Shown: positions 29,780 through 40,962, counted from the whole stretch's first letter. The stretch: DNA of 63,961 bases, filler included, from a bacterium (GCA_040757115.1; 5 parts of 5 records of this genome joined end to end with filler, not necessarily neighbours in it), one strand, 5' to 3'. Notes: generated by a model not told the origin, from the letters alone. Numbers and translations are program-made.

Positions 29780-31984
29780 ATGTGCAAAAATGGATATGAC
29801 AGTCAAAACACTCAAAATACAATTTCCTATCAGTCAAGATTATTTTTTAAATCTTTTGACCTTTTCATTGTAAGTTTTGTTATACTTAATCTGGAATTGG
29901 CTCTTATAAGATGGCTTCCAGCATATGTGAGATTATTAAGTTTCTTTAATAATTTTGTCCTTTTAGCCTGTTTTCTTGGAATGAGCATAGGATGTATCGC
30001 TTCAAAAAGAAAATTAAATCTGTTACCTTATACTCCCTCCATTTTCCTTATTATTATTTTATTGGTATATCTTTTTAATCTTAATATATCCTTTGGAGAG
30101 CAACTTTTTAAATCAGAAGTCTATTTTGGAGCAGAGGGTAAATTGCCTTCATTAGTAAATATGCCTTTTGAATTTCTTATTATTCTCTCTTTTTCCATAG
30201 TCGTTTTATCATTCATAGGACTTGGACAATTTCTTGGAAATTCTTTTAATAATTTTACCCCAATTAAAGCTTATACCATAAATATCCTTGGAAGTATATT
30301 TGGGATTTTATTCTTCTCAATCTTCTCTTATCTTTCTCTTTCTCCTACTTACTGGTTTTCAATAAACTTTATTTTGATCTTATACCTTTTAAGGAAAGAG
30401 CTCTTTTTCTCTAAATTTAATCTGGGAGTAATTTTTTTAACATCAATTATTTTTATTTTTCTCCTGGGGAAAGGAACTCTCTGGTCTCCATATTATAAAA
30501 TAAAGAAAGAGGTTTTTTTTGACCCATATCTAAAAATTAATGGTACTGTAATTTCTGTAAATGAGATAACCCACCAGATGGGGCTATCTAATAGGACTAT
30601 AGGTGGATATCGATATTCAGTGCCACATTTTTTAATTAAGGATTCTTTAAAGAAAAAATTTGAGAAAGTTCTGATAATTGGTTCAGGCATGGGAAACGAT
30701 GTCTCACACGCTATAATGAATGGAGCAAAAGAGATTGATGCAGTTGAAATTGACCCTTTAATTATAGATATAGGTAAAAAAGACCATCCTGACAAACCTT
30801 ATTCTGATAAAAGAGTTAAAATTTATAATGATGATGGAAGGTCATTTTTAAAGAAAAGCAATAAAAAATATGATTTTATTGCTTATGGACTTGTAGATTC
30901 ATTAACGCTTCTTTCAACATTCTCTACTATAAGATTAGAAAATTATCTATTTACAAAAGAAGCATTTGAAGAAGTAAAAGCGCATTTAAATGAAGACGGT
31001 GTCTTTGTTATTTACAACTATTTTAGAAAAGGATGGTTAGCACTAAAAATATATAGTCTTCTAAAGGAGGTTTTTGGAGAAAATATTTTAGTAATTACAT
31101 TGCCCTCAATAAAAAATATAGATGCTGAAAATCCTATTGACTTTGTAATTTTTATGGCAGGAAATGTGGAAAAAGTAATTAAAAATTTTGAAAAAGGCTC
31201 CTTTTATGCTGATATAAATACACCAAAAAATCTTAAAAAAAATGGATTCAATCCCAAAGATTTTAGAAAAGATAGCACCATTGAAATCTTCCCTGTAGAA
31301 AACCTGAAATCTTCTAAAACTCTTCTTCCATTAGATGACTGGCCATTTCTATACCTTAGAGAGAAAAAAATACCTCCACACAATTTTAAAGGTCTGGCTA
31401 TTATTTTTCTTCTTTCCACCCTTTTTCTGATTATCTTTACAAGTAACGGGAGCAAAAGTTTTTATAGAATTTCCCCTCACTTCTTTTTTTTAGGAACAGC
31501 CTTTATGATTTTAGAGACAGAAAGTATTACTAAATTTGCATTACTTTTTGGTTCTACCTGGGTAAATAACTCCATAGTCTTCCTTTCAATATTAACAATG
31601 ATACTATTTGCAAATTTGTATGTAAGTAAATTCTCTCCTGATAGTCTTAAATTACCGTACATAGCCCTTTTTATTTCACTTCTAATAGGCTATCTGGTTC
31701 CTTTCCAAAACTTTTTAGGGGAAAGCTATACTATGAAAATAATTTATTCAGGTGTAATAGGATTTCTCCCGATACTTTTTGCAGGAATTATTTTTGCAAC
31801 CTCGTTCAAAAAAAGTAGAGAGCCACAAAGAGATTTTGGTTCAAATATATTTGGAGCAATTATAGGTGGAATAGTTGAATATCTCTCATTAATTATAGGT
31901 TATCATAATCTTTTAATAATTGTTGCTTTATTTTATCTTTTATCATTGATTTCAATATTTAAAAAGCAAGAGAATATTAGATGA
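29780..31984 (+). CDS. Membrane-bound spermidine-synthase-like SAM-dependent protein
   Basis: TM blocks flanking WSPYYKI, VLIIGSGMGNDV, DAVEIDP, DDGRSFL, DDWPFLY; TTGACA-N17-TAATAT upstream. Confidence 0.85.
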   Translation: MCKNGYDSQNTQNTISYQSRLFFKSFDLFIVSFVILNLELALIRWLPAYVRLLSFFNNFVLLACFLGMSIGCIASKRKLNLLPYTPSIFLIIILLVYLFNLNISFGEQLFKSEVYFGAEGKLPSLVNMPFEFLIILSFSIVVLSFIGLGQFLGNSFNNFTPIKAYTINILGSIFGILFFSIFSYLSLSPTYWFSINFILILYLLRKELFFSKFNLGVIFLTSIIFIFLLGKGTLWSPYYKIKKEVFFDPYLKINGTVISVNEITHQMGLSNRTIGGYRYSVPHFLIKDSLKKKFEKVLIIGSGMGNDVSHAIMNGAKEIDAVEIDPLIIDIGKKDHPDKPYSDKRVKIYNDDGRSFLKKSNKKYDFIAYGLVDSLTLLSTFSTIRLENYLFTKEAFEEVKAHLNEDGVFVIYNYFRKGWLALKIYSLLKEVFGENILVITLPSIKNIDAENPIDFVIFMAGNVEKVIKNFEKGSFYADINTPKNLKKNGFNPKDFRKDSTIEIFPVENLKSSKTLLPLDDWPFLYLREKKIPPHNFKGLAIIFLLSTLFLIIFTSNGSKSFYRISPHFFFLGTAFMILETESITKFALLFGSTWVNNSIVFLSILTMILFANLYVSKFSPDSLKLPYIALFISLLIGYLVPFQNFLGESYTMKIIYSGVIGFLPILFAGIIFATSFKKSREPQRDFGSNIFGAIIGGIVEYLSLIIGYHNLLIIVALFYLLSLISIFKKQENIR

Positions 31985-31998
31985 AACTTTTGTATATT

Positions 31999-34143
31999 TT
32001 ATCTTTGTGGTGCAGATAAAACCAATTCTAAATTCCTTCTTATCTCAGAAGAAGTTGGGGAGATGGTTAATGCCTTTTGTAAGGTAGAAATAGCCTCTTG
32101 TTGTCTGCCGGTAAGATGATAGCACAAACCTAAAATATTGAGTATATTAGTATCCTCCGGGCTAAGTTTTATTCCTTTTTCAAGTTCCCGCAGGGCATCG
32201 GCATATCTTTTTTGATAATAATAAGTTATCCCCAGATTATAATAAAGGTCAGGGCTTTTAGAATTTTTCTTAATTGCCTTTTGTAAAAGATCAATTGCTT
32301 TGTCATAATTCCCTTTGGCATTGTAAATAGAGGACAAGGCGGCTTGATAAGAGGCATTTCTCGGGTCAATCTTGACCGCCATATTCAATTCCTTCAGTGC
32401 GTCATCTATTTTTCCCCCCAGTTGATACCGTTGGCCTAACTCGGCGTGATAATAACTATAAACCAGCATCACTTCATCTGCCCAGACATCCTTATAGATG
32501 CGATTGTCAAATACACCTCGATAATTATACTTAAATTTATCCCCTAAAACTTGCTGGTCTTTTAATTTACTAAGAATTCCCTCCTTAGTCATTGGTGGCG
32601 GGATAACCTCTTCTTTTTGTGTCAGGAAATCGTGGGTAAAATAAATTTGATGTGTATCTTTATTATTATAGATGATATTCTCAAATATCCTGGTATTTCT
32701 TTCTTTCAGTCCACAGGTAACTTTTATATCCGGATACAGTTTCAGTAACCTTTCCACAAACCAATCTCGAGTCAAAAAAAGCACTGTAAAAACAGGCACA
32801 TCCATCCTGCATTGTTCTACATATTGTAAATACCATAATGGGAAGACATTGTAATCAACTTGATTAAAAAGGATTGAAGATTCTGGTAATTGATTCAATA
32901 CGTTTTTCCCATAATCATGGGCAAAATGATAGCGCCTCATATCCGAAGGGTTATAATGGCTAACACAGATTATTATTGGGAAAAGTAAAGTAATCATCGC
33001 AATTTGTTTAAACTTCGTCTGTCCATATTCAATTAAACCTTTCATCCCAAAACCTATCAGGATAGTCAAAACAATATAAGAAGGTAGATGATAAGCTTCA
33101 TGGTCGATTAGTCCAAAGATTACCTTTTGGAAACCAAGTGAATAGACTGTATTCACCAAAAAGATTAGCCCTAAAAAGATAAGTAATTTCAGGCTCGTCT
33201 TATAAAGAATAAATATACCCAATAGGCTTAAAATTCCAAAATAAGGTGTCCATTGCTGGGTTAGTAGCCAGAGATGATGTTTGATGGTATTTAAAACTTG
33301 AGGAACAGAAGCCGCAAACATTGTTTCTTTATAGATACTGCCAGTAATCAATCTGAAAAAATTCTTAAAGGTAACAGGATTCCCCCAATCAATCAGAGGT
33401 GCTTGAAATCCTCTTATTGGCAGGTAGAGATAAGGAAGAAGCCCTATAAATAAAAATAGTATCATCTTGCTTAAAACCTTTGGTTTTTCAAATAAAAGAA
33501 TCTGACGGTCGGTAATCCATAAAAAATATAAAATAGCAGGCCCGATGAAGACAAGTAGTAAATGATTAGTCAAGCCTAATCCATAGACAAAGGCTGATAG
33601 ATAGAGCATACTATCTTTTTTCTGTCCTTTCCAGGCTAACAAACCCAAAATAGTAGCAGATGAAAAGAAGGCATAGAGTGAATAAACCTCTGCAATAACA
33701 CATACCTTCCATAAAGTCGAGGAAAAGGTAAAAATCAAAGCCGTCACTACTGCCACTACTATTTGCAACCTTAATTTTATTAGAATAAAATAAACCATCA
33801 TAATGGTCAATGCACCAAATATGCCAGAAAGTAGATTTACCCGCATAGCGATATTAGCCACTGGCAGATAGGTAAGTAGATGCCCCAGTAATGTCCAGGT
33901 AGGGTAACCCGTTGGGTGAGCAATGCCCAGTGTGGCCGCACAGGTAATAAACTCTCCACTATCACTAAAGGTTACAGTTGGAGCAACAGTTTTTAAATAC
34001 AAAAAAAATGAAATTAAGAAAACCCCTATCCCTCCTAAAAATGCCTTTTCACTAATCAGACTGATTTCTATTTCCTGGAGGGGTATTCCTCTTTTTTTCT
34101 TTATCTTTTTGGGTAAAGTTTTAGTTTTTACCTTCTTCCCCAA
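31999..34143 (-). CDS. DUF2723 GT-C glycosyltransferase with C-terminal TPR repeats
   Basis: APTVTFSDSGEFITCAATLGIAHPTGYP, AEVYSL, GLTNH, DYNVFPLWYLQYVE; about 4 TPRs. Confidence 0.88.
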   Translation of the reverse strand: MGKKVKTKTLPKKIKKKRGIPLQEIEISLISEKAFLGGIGVFLISFFLYLKTVAPTVTFSDSGEFITCAATLGIAHPTGYPTWTLLGHLLTYLPVANIAMRVNLLSGIFGALTIMMVYFILIKLRLQIVVAVVTALIFTFSSTLWKVCVIAEVYSLYAFFSSATILGLLAWKGQKKDSMLYLSAFVYGLGLTNHLLLVFIGPAILYFLWITDRQILLFEKPKVLSKMILFLFIGLLPYLYLPIRGFQAPLIDWGNPVTFKNFFRLITGSIYKETMFAASVPQVLNTIKHHLWLLTQQWTPYFGILSLLGIFILYKTSLKLLIFLGLIFLVNTVYSLGFQKVIFGLIDHEAYHLPSYIVLTILIGFGMKGLIEYGQTKFKQIAMITLLFPIIICVSHYNPSDMRRYHFAHDYGKNVLNQLPESSILFNQVDYNVFPLWYLQYVEQCRMDVPVFTVLFLTRDWFVERLLKLYPDIKVTCGLKERNTRIFENIIYNNKDTHQIYFTHDFLTQKEEVIPPPMTKEGILSKLKDQQVLGDKFKYNYRGVFDNRIYKDVWADEVMLVYSYYHAELGQRYQLGGKIDDALKELNMAVKIDPRNASYQAALSSIYNAKGNYDKAIDLLQKAIKKNSKSPDLYYNLGITYYYQKRYADALRELEKGIKLSPEDTNILNILGLCYHLTGRQQEAISTLQKALTISPTSSEIRRNLELVLSAPQR

Positions 34144-34218
34144 TTTTTATTCTCCCTTTTATCAAAAATAGATAACTATTTAGCCCTCTTTTCTACTTTC
34201 TACCCTCTACTTTTTATA

Positions 34219-34345
34219 TAATATAATAGTTATTAACGAAAACTTCTCATAGAACAGATATAGCAACAAGGTTGATGGTTGATAGTTTATAGTTGATAGT
34301 TTCATAGACTATCAACCATCAACTATCAACAATACTAATGTGAAC
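34219..34345. repeat. TA-bounded inverted-repeat element with TTGATAG/CTATCAA heptamer arms
   Basis: TAATAGTTATTAAC...GTTAATACTTACTATA; inner inverted heptamers. Confidence 0.6.
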
Positions 34346-34712
34346 TTTTGGTTAATACTTACTATACCATATAAGTATCTCTTTGTCAATTAACTTTATT
34401 ATATCATTTATCGGGTAGTCTGGAGACTTTTATTAAATCTTTTTATTATCTCTAAAATATAAAAGTATTATAGCAGTTATTTGGGGGAAATGGTTGGATG
34501 GTTTTATGGTTAGATGGTTGGATGTCTTACGATTGGGGCAAAAATTTTGTTGACAAATAATAAAATTTTTGCTAAAATACCTCATGAACGAAACCTCTCG
34601 GATAAAAAGTTAAGGTGCGGAACCAGTAGAGATGAGGTGTTGGGTTTTAGGTTATGGGTGATGGGATAAAATACCCATTACCCATCACCAAAACTGGTGG
34701 TGAAGAGAAAAG

Positions 34713-34951
34713 GTAACCGTTCACCGTAAGATGCCACAGAGACGCAGAGAAAAAATTAAAATCTATTCACCAGAGACAGAAATTTCCTTTTTTTGTGTGC
34801 ATTTCGGGTCTTTCGTTGTTTATTAATCTTTTAATACTTACTTTTGACTAACTGTTTTTAAGCCTTTTTAAACACCGAAAAACACGAAAAAAAGATATTT
34901 TCCTCTCTGTTTCTGTGCGTCTCTGCGGTAAATTACCACCTGAACGGTTAC
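34713..34951. mobile_element. Family A element, inverse of 14535-14775
   Basis: GTAACCGTTCAC...CCTGAACGGTTAC; right part also repeated at about 52905-52966. Confidence 0.88.
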
Positions 34952-35009
34952 TAAAAATGCAAGGATTATTATTGAAGTAGATGAATCTCCAACTTGAGAG
35001 GAGGTGTAT

Positions 35010-35756
35010 ATGTCATTACAGACTAACATTGGGGTGATAATTCCTTGCTACAATGAAGAACGACGATTACGGATAGACGATTTCATCAATGAATTGTCAA
35101 AACATTCTGATTTAACATTCTTGTTCGTAAATGATGGTAGTGTTGATGATACACTAAATGTTATCCAAAAGATTTGTGAAGTTAATCCATCCAGAGCCTT
35201 ATGTTTGTCATTGAGTGAGAACAAAGGAAAAGGGGAAGCCATACGATTGGGCATGCTTTATTTATTGGAGAAAAAGACTTATAACATAATAGGTTTCTGG
35301 GATGCTGATCTGGCAGTTCCTCTCTCAGAAATCTGGGATTTTATGGATATTTTCCAAACAAATCCAAATGTGCAAGCAGTTATTGGTAGCAGGGTTCATT
35401 TGTGTGGAAGGAAGATTGAGCGTATAAATTTTCGTCACTATCTGGGACGATTATTTACTACAGTTATATCTTTAACTTTTGGTTTTGCTGTTTACGATAC
35501 ACAATGTGGTGCAAAACTTTTTAAGAGTGAAATACTTATTCCTGTGGTTCAAAAAAACTTTTGTTCAAAATGGATATTTGATGTAGAGATTATTATTCGT
35601 ATATTGCGTCTTCCTTTTTTGCAAGATGAAAGTACCTGGTTATTCGAAGTTCCAGTGAAAGAATGGAGAAATGTTTCCGGGACAAAACGTTCTCTATCAG
35701 CTTATATTAATTCTTTTTTTGATTATCTTACATTAGTGAAAAGATACTTACTTTAA
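35010..35756 (+). CDS. GT2 polyprenol-phosphate glycosyltransferase (DPG synthase-like)
   Basis: IIPCYNEERRL, VNDGSVD, NKGKGEAIR, DADLA, DTQCGAKLF, WIFDVE. Confidence 0.9.
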   Translation: MSLQTNIGVIIPCYNEERRLRIDDFINELSKHSDLTFLFVNDGSVDDTLNVIQKICEVNPSRALCLSLSENKGKGEAIRLGMLYLLEKKTYNIIGFWDADLAVPLSEIWDFMDIFQTNPNVQAVIGSRVHLCGRKIERINFRHYLGRLFTTVISLTFGFAVYDTQCGAKLFKSEILIPVVQKNFCSKWIFDVEIIIRILRLPFLQDESTWLFEVPVKEWRNVSGTKRSLSAYINSFFDYLTLVKRYLL

Positions 35757-35780
35757 GGAAATCATCAAGGAGAGATAAAA

Positions 35781-36500
35781 ATGATTAGAAAAGGTATATT
35801 AATTAATCTTTTAAGTATAGTCTTTCTTATAGGTTGCGTGCATACACCTTTTTATTACTGGAGTTTAGAGGCACAAAAAGGTGTATATCATAAAATGGAG
35901 AAAGGACAAACACTCTGGCGGATTGCAAAAACCTATGGTGTTTCTGTTGAAGAACTTATTAGAATAAATAGGATTGGAGATATAACCAATATCCGAATAG
36001 GACAACAAATATTTATTCCTGGAGCATCAGAGGTATTAAAAGTAGATATGTCTAAACCAATACCTCCTCCAGTAGATACCGTTATTGTCCAGGTGAGTGC
36101 TCCTCCAGAAGGACCAATAAATCAAATCGCATCTTCTTTTATCTGGCCTTTAGAAGGTAAAATCATCTCTGGTTTTGGTCCCAGGGGAAATTCAATGCAT
36201 AATGGCATTGATATTAAAGTTGACTTAGGAACTCCAATCAGAGCCGCCGCAGATGGGGTAGTAACTTATAGCCAGAGCACATATCGAGGTTATGGCAATG
36301 CTATCATCATTACCCATGAGGATGATTGGACAACCGTATATGCCCATAATTCTGTAAATTTAGTCAAGGAAGGTCAGAAGGTTAGACAAGGTGAGATAAT
36401 TGGTAAAGTAGGACAGACCGGAAATGCCTCCACCCCTCATCTTCACTTTGAAGTCTGGAAAGGATTCATTGCTCAAGACCCGTGTATTTACTTGCCGTAA
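35781..36500 (+). CDS. LysM / M23 peptidase lipoprotein (NlpD-like)
   Basis: Lipobox LIGC; GQTLWRIAKTYGVS LysM; HNGIDI, YAHN, PHLHFE. Confidence 0.92.
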   Translation: MIRKGILINLLSIVFLIGCVHTPFYYWSLEAQKGVYHKMEKGQTLWRIAKTYGVSVEELIRINRIGDITNIRIGQQIFIPGASEVLKVDMSKPIPPPVDTVIVQVSAPPEGPINQIASSFIWPLEGKIISGFGPRGNSMHNGIDIKVDLGTPIRAAADGVVTYSQSTYRGYGNAIIITHEDDWTTVYAHNSVNLVKEGQKVRQGEIIGKVGQTGNASTPHLHFEVWKGFIAQDPCIYLP

Positions 36501-36575
36501 ATGTTTAAATTCATTGTTGGTTCAGATGAAATTGGAAATTAGACTTTCATCCTTTCTCCAATTTCTAATTTCCAA

Positions 36576-37892
36576 CTACCAACATATCCCGTCATATTCA
36601 CCAACATTAACCTCAGTTTTATCGAACACTCTGACTAAATCAATTATTATCTTATCTGCGGTCATCTTATGTAGTATCTGTTTAAATTCTTCTGCCTTGT
36701 TACCTATGACCAGAACATCAGAGTCTTCTATAACCTTTTCCATAGAATCACACATAAGTAAGGCGATATGGGGAATAGTTTCCTCAATATACTTTTTATT
36801 CGCCCCAAAGAGCCTCGCAATATGAACATTTCTATCGTATATCTTAATTACATAACCTTTTCCAATTAATGCCTCGATTAATGTTACCATTGGACTTTCT
36901 CGTAAATCATCAGTTCCTGCCTTAAAACTGAATCCAAATATCCCTATTTTTTTCTTGCCCGAGTTCAATATTTTCTTGATAGTTAGGTTAATCTGGTATT
37001 CATTACTTTTTTGAATAGCATCTAATACCGGTAAGGTCAGGTCTAATTTTTTCCCTTCATAAAGTAATGCCCGCAGGTCTTTGGGCAGACAAGAACCACC
37101 ATAAGCAAAACCTGGTTTTAAATAATAAGGCGAAAGATTTAATTTTGTATCCAGACAAAATATATCCATAACCTGATGGCTATCAATACCTTTTTGTTTG
37201 CAAATATTTCCAATCTCGTTTGCAAAACAGACTTTTAAGGCATGGAATGTGTTATTAACATATTTAACCATCTCTGCGACCTCTATGGATGTTCTAACAA
37301 CAGGACTATCAATATCTTTATATATCTCGACCACCGCATCACCACTTTGTTTATTTAACTCTCCAATAAGTATTTTCGGTGGGTGATAATAATCATATAT
37401 TGAACTTCCTTCCCGTAAGAATTCAGGGTTTATGCATATTCCAAAATCTCTGCCTGCTTTCTTCACGGAAGTTTTTTCTAATGTGGGTATAACAACTGAT
37501 TTTATTGTTCCTGGTAACATCGTGCTTCGGACAACGACAATATGAAATGAATCTTTTTGAGCTAACGATTCACCAATATCTATACAAACCCTATTGATAT
37601 ATCTCAGGTCAAGACTACCATTTTCATTGCCTGGCGTTCCCACGCAAATTAAAGAAATCTCAGAATTAAATATGCCTTCTTTTGAAGAAATAGTTGCCTT
37701 TAATTTATTTAAACTTACTACCTCTTTAAGTATTTCATCTAAGCCCTTTTCGATAATAGGGCTTTTACCCGCATTTATCATCTCGACCTTATCGATATTG
37801 GTATCTACGCCAATAACCTGATGTCCTTCTTTGGCAAGACATGCCGCAGAAACACAACCTACATAACCAAGACCAAATACACTAATCTGCAT
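36576..37892 (-). CDS. GDP-mannose 6-dehydrogenase (AlgD-like nucleotide-sugar dehydrogenase)
   Basis: GLGYVG, CVGTP, NPEFLREG, KPGFAYGGSCLPKD, FKAGTDDLRESP, C-terminal GICW. Confidence 0.9.
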   Translation of the reverse strand: MQISVFGLGYVGCVSAACLAKEGHQVIGVDTNIDKVEMINAGKSPIIEKGLDEILKEVVSLNKLKATISSKEGIFNSEISLICVGTPGNENGSLDLRYINRVCIDIGESLAQKDSFHIVVVRSTMLPGTIKSVVIPTLEKTSVKKAGRDFGICINPEFLREGSSIYDYYHPPKILIGELNKQSGDAVVEIYKDIDSPVVRTSIEVAEMVKYVNNTFHALKVCFANEIGNICKQKGIDSHQVMDIFCLDTKLNLSPYYLKPGFAYGGSCLPKDLRALLYEGKKLDLTLPVLDAIQKSNEYQINLTIKKILNSGKKKIGIFGFSFKAGTDDLRESPMVTLIEALIGKGYVIKIYDRNVHIARLFGANKKYIEETIPHIALLMCDSMEKVIEDSDVLVIGNKAEEFKQILHKMTADKIIIDLVRVFDKTEVNVGEYDGICW

Positions 37893-38079
37893 TTTACCCT
37901 CCTTAAATTTGGTAACTGGTAACTGGTGAATGGTAATTCATCCCCTTAATAAACTTATCCTTACCCACATCTTTTAGTGGACAGATTAGATAGAAATTCC
38001 AAATTTCAAGCACCAAATTCCAAATAAATTCCAAATTCCAAACACTAAATTCCAAAGTTTATATTACAACGATGGAAAT

Positions 38080-38277
38080 TCATTTAGACTTTTCAATAAT
38101 TGCTATTGCCTTCTTGAAAAGTCTTTCTCCTTCTTGTTTAAATTTTTCATCGTTAGTTCCAATTATTAATCTTAACCAATAAGCAGATTCTTTTGATTCT
38201 TTACGACAAATCTTTATTCTCATCTTAAAATCTTTCGAGCCTAAAGACTCATTTGCCTCAATATAGTTTGCTCCATA
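38080..38277 (-). pseudogene. Four-helix-bundle (23S rRNA IVP family) gene remnant between inverted AAATTCC heptamer arms
   Basis: GANYIEANESLGSKDFKMRIKICRKESKESAYWLRLI; N-terminal third absent; arms at 37994-38054 and 38325-38378. Confidence 0.85.
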
Positions 38278-38415
38278 AGCACCAAATTTCAAGTAATAAA
38301 TACCAAACTATGGGGGTAATGTTTTGAATTTTGGTCATTCGAATTTGTTTGGAATTTGGAATTTGTGATTTGGAATTTCATAGCCATATCTATGTCAAAT
38401 TTCGATTAATAAGTG

Positions 38416-39426
38416 CTATCCAATCAACATTGCATCTCCGTAGCTATAAAATCTATATCCCCCATTGATAGCGTGGGTATACGCAGATAGAATCTTTTCC
38501 CTGCCAGCAAAGGCACTTACTAAAATCAGAAGCGTCGTCTTTGGCAAATGGAAATTAGTAATTAGCATATCTGTTAGTTTAAATTCAAATCCAGGATAAA
38601 TAAATAATCCTGTCCACCCGGAACAAGGGATTATTTTAGATTCTGGATTTTTCCCTGCTGTTTCTAATGCCCGTACCGTAGTCGTTCCAACCACTATTCT
38701 TTTTCCATTAGTTTGATTAATCGTTTCAGCCGACTCAGGACTAATCTCGTAATATTCCTCCTCCATATGATGTTCGATGACATCTTCCTTTCTAATCGGA
38801 CTAAATGTGCCTATGCCCACATGCAAGGTAATGAACGCAAATTTTACCCCTTTATCGGATATTTTTTTAAGTAATTCTTTAGTAAAATGGAGACCAGCCG
38901 TAGGTGCCGCCACTGCACCAGGATATTTGGCATAGATAGCTTGATATCGCTCAATATCCGACGGAACGGGTTCTCTTTTAATATAAGGAGGTAATGGAGT
39001 TTTCCCTATTTTCTCAACGGTTTCAAAAAAGTCTCCTTCATATTCAAATTTAATATATCCCCGATTACCCTTTTTTTCTATTAATTCACCGCTTAGATTA
39101 TCTCCAAATGGTAACTTTGCTCCGACATTTACCTTTTTAGAATGTTTAATTAACACCTCCCATATTTGTCCCTCGGAGTTTCTATGGAGTAGAATTTCTA
39201 CCGGTTTTCTCGCTGTTGTAAATAATCTTGCAGGAAAAACCTTTGTATCATTTAGTATCAGGGTATCATCTTTATTTAGATACTCAATTATATCTTTAAA
39301 AATCCTATCTTCAATTTTGTCAGTTTTACGGTTTAAAACTAATAGTTTGGATTCATCGCGGCGGGGTAAAGGATATTGAGCAATTAATTCTTTAGGTAAA
39401 TTATAAGCAAAATCACTTACTTTCAT
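38416..39426 (-). CDS. queA: S-adenosylmethionine:tRNA ribosyltransferase-isomerase
   Basis: LPKELIAQYP, PLPPYIKR, GAVAAPTAGLHF, TLHVGIGTF, VGTTTVRALE, TNFHLPKTTL, YRFYSYGDAM. Confidence 0.98.
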   Translation of the reverse strand: MKVSDFAYNLPKELIAQYPLPRRDESKLLVLNRKTDKIEDRIFKDIIEYLNKDDTLILNDTKVFPARLFTTARKPVEILLHRNSEGQIWEVLIKHSKKVNVGAKLPFGDNLSGELIEKKGNRGYIKFEYEGDFFETVEKIGKTPLPPYIKREPVPSDIERYQAIYAKYPGAVAAPTAGLHFTKELLKKISDKGVKFAFITLHVGIGTFSPIRKEDVIEHHMEEEYYEISPESAETINQTNGKRIVVGTTTVRALETAGKNPESKIIPCSGWTGLFIYPGFEFKLTDMLITNFHLPKTTLLILVSAFAGREKILSAYTHAINGGYRFYSYGDAMLIG

Positions 39427-39454
39427 ACTAATTTCTATTTTCCAATTTCATTCG

Positions 39455-40417
39455 TTAGAATAAACTCGCCGGGACGATAATTATATCCTCCGGGCAAATG
39501 ACAATATTTTTTTGTAGATTGCCTTTTTTTGTAATTTCAGTCACATCTATTTTAATCCTATCATATTTTACATCTTTTTTGCGCAAAACAGTAATCTTAC
39601 GCAAATCTGCAAACGGTGTAAAACCACCGGCTAATGCAATTGCCTTAAGTAGCGTAATTTCTTCATTAACTGAAAACACGCCGGGCTTTGCTACTTCACC
39701 AATGATAGAGAATTTCTTACTATTAATTTGGACCACGGCAACTGTGACCGTAGGATTGACAAGATAATCTTTTTTACTCAAATCATTGGCAATCTTTTTA
39801 CTTAATTCAGTTGGAGTCATTCCCATAACATCTATATTTCCGACTATCGGGAAATAAATCTTACCATCTGGAGTAACGGTTACTGCCTTCCTTAAATCCG
39901 GGTCTTCTGAAACAAATATCTCTAAGATGTCAGACGCACCTATCGTATAAACATTCTCTATCTTCTCAACTTTTAAATCTTCTTTTCCCGGCGGGATTCT
40001 GGAGATATTAGCAGGAATCTTTGAAGGAATATCTATCTTATCCTCTACTTCTTTATTGGCATAGATTAATATATATTTTAATTGGTAGTTACCATATTTA
40101 ATCTCTTTTAAAGGAATATAAAATTTAAAATTTTTTCTTTGGTTAGGTTTTAAAAGCCCGGAGGTTTTCACTTTTTCCCAGATTAATTTATTATCCGGGT
40201 CTATGAGGCTAACTTGAAAGATGAAAGAGGGAATATCATTAACACCGATATTCGATATTTTAAAAGATAGCCGTGTATAAGAAGTCAACGAATCTGGCAA
40301 AACAGGTGTAATCTCCACTAAAGATTCAGCGTGAGATATTTCCCCTGATGCTATTCCTTGACGATGGACACTCAAAATAATAAGTAAGACTACAATTAAA
40401 AATTTATTCATCCTCAT
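39455..40417 (-). CDS. Polysaccharide biosynthesis/export protein (Poly_export + SLBB) with an extra N-terminal domain
   Basis: YTIGASDILEIFV...VTPDGKIYFPIVG...GMTPTEL; IGEVAKPG...TLLKAIALAGGFTPFA; start at 40417 or 40411. Confidence 0.88.
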   Translation of the reverse strand: MRMNKFLIVVLLIILSVHRQGIASGEISHAESLVEITPVLPDSLTSYTRLSFKISNIGVNDIPSFIFQVSLIDPDNKLIWEKVKTSGLLKPNQRKNFKFYIPLKEIKYGNYQLKYILIYANKEVEDKIDIPSKIPANISRIPPGKEDLKVEKIENVYTIGASDILEIFVSEDPDLRKAVTVTPDGKIYFPIVGNIDVMGMTPTELSKKIANDLSKKDYLVNPTVTVAVVQINSKKFSIIGEVAKPGVFSVNEEITLLKAIALAGGFTPFADLRKITVLRKKDVKYDRIKIDVTEITKKGNLQKNIVICPEDIIIVPASLF

Positions 40418-40459
40418 GGAAATTATAACACAAGAAAAAGAAAATGTCAATGAATTTTC

Positions 40460-40862
40460 GTAACCGTCAGGTGGTAATTTACCGCAGAGACGCAGAGGAA
40501 CAGAGAAGATATGGAAATAAATCAGATAACAGAAAAGAGTAAGCGTTCAGGTGGTGTAACAAAAGGAGATGTGGAGATTAAGGAGATAGGGAGATATTAT
40601 TAAAAAAATTGGTAACTATTCACCATTCACAATTCACCATTCACAATTCACAATTTCTTCCCTAAATTTCCTTAATAATGGTGAATGGTGAATTGTGAAT
40701 TGTGAATTATCACTCTTCACGGTGTCAAGCAAACTTGGCCCAAGAGTTCGATGCACCGCTATAGCGCATCCAATGACTCTATTCGATAATTCATCAAATT
40801 TCACTTCGTGCTCTCCGTACCCTTCGTGGTGAATAGTTACAAAAATAGAAACTAATAGAAAT
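40460..40862. mobile_element. Triple-nested family A elements at the contig end; innermost is 40612-40840
   Basis: Left ends at 40460, 40539 and 40612; innermost flanked by AAAAAT(T/A)G; GxxExxY starts MEINQITEK (+, 40511) and (M)KFDELSNRVIGCAIAVHRTLGPSLL (-, from 40804). Confidence 0.85.
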
Positions 40863-40962
40863 NNNNNNNNNNNNNNNNNNNNNNNNNNNNNNNNNNNNNN
40901 NNNNNNTTAATTAATTAANNNNNNNNNNNNNNNNNNNNNNNNNNNNNNNNNNNNNNNNNNNN
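40863..40962. other. Artificial contig linker
   Basis: N44-TTAATTAATTAA-N44. Confidence 0.98.
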
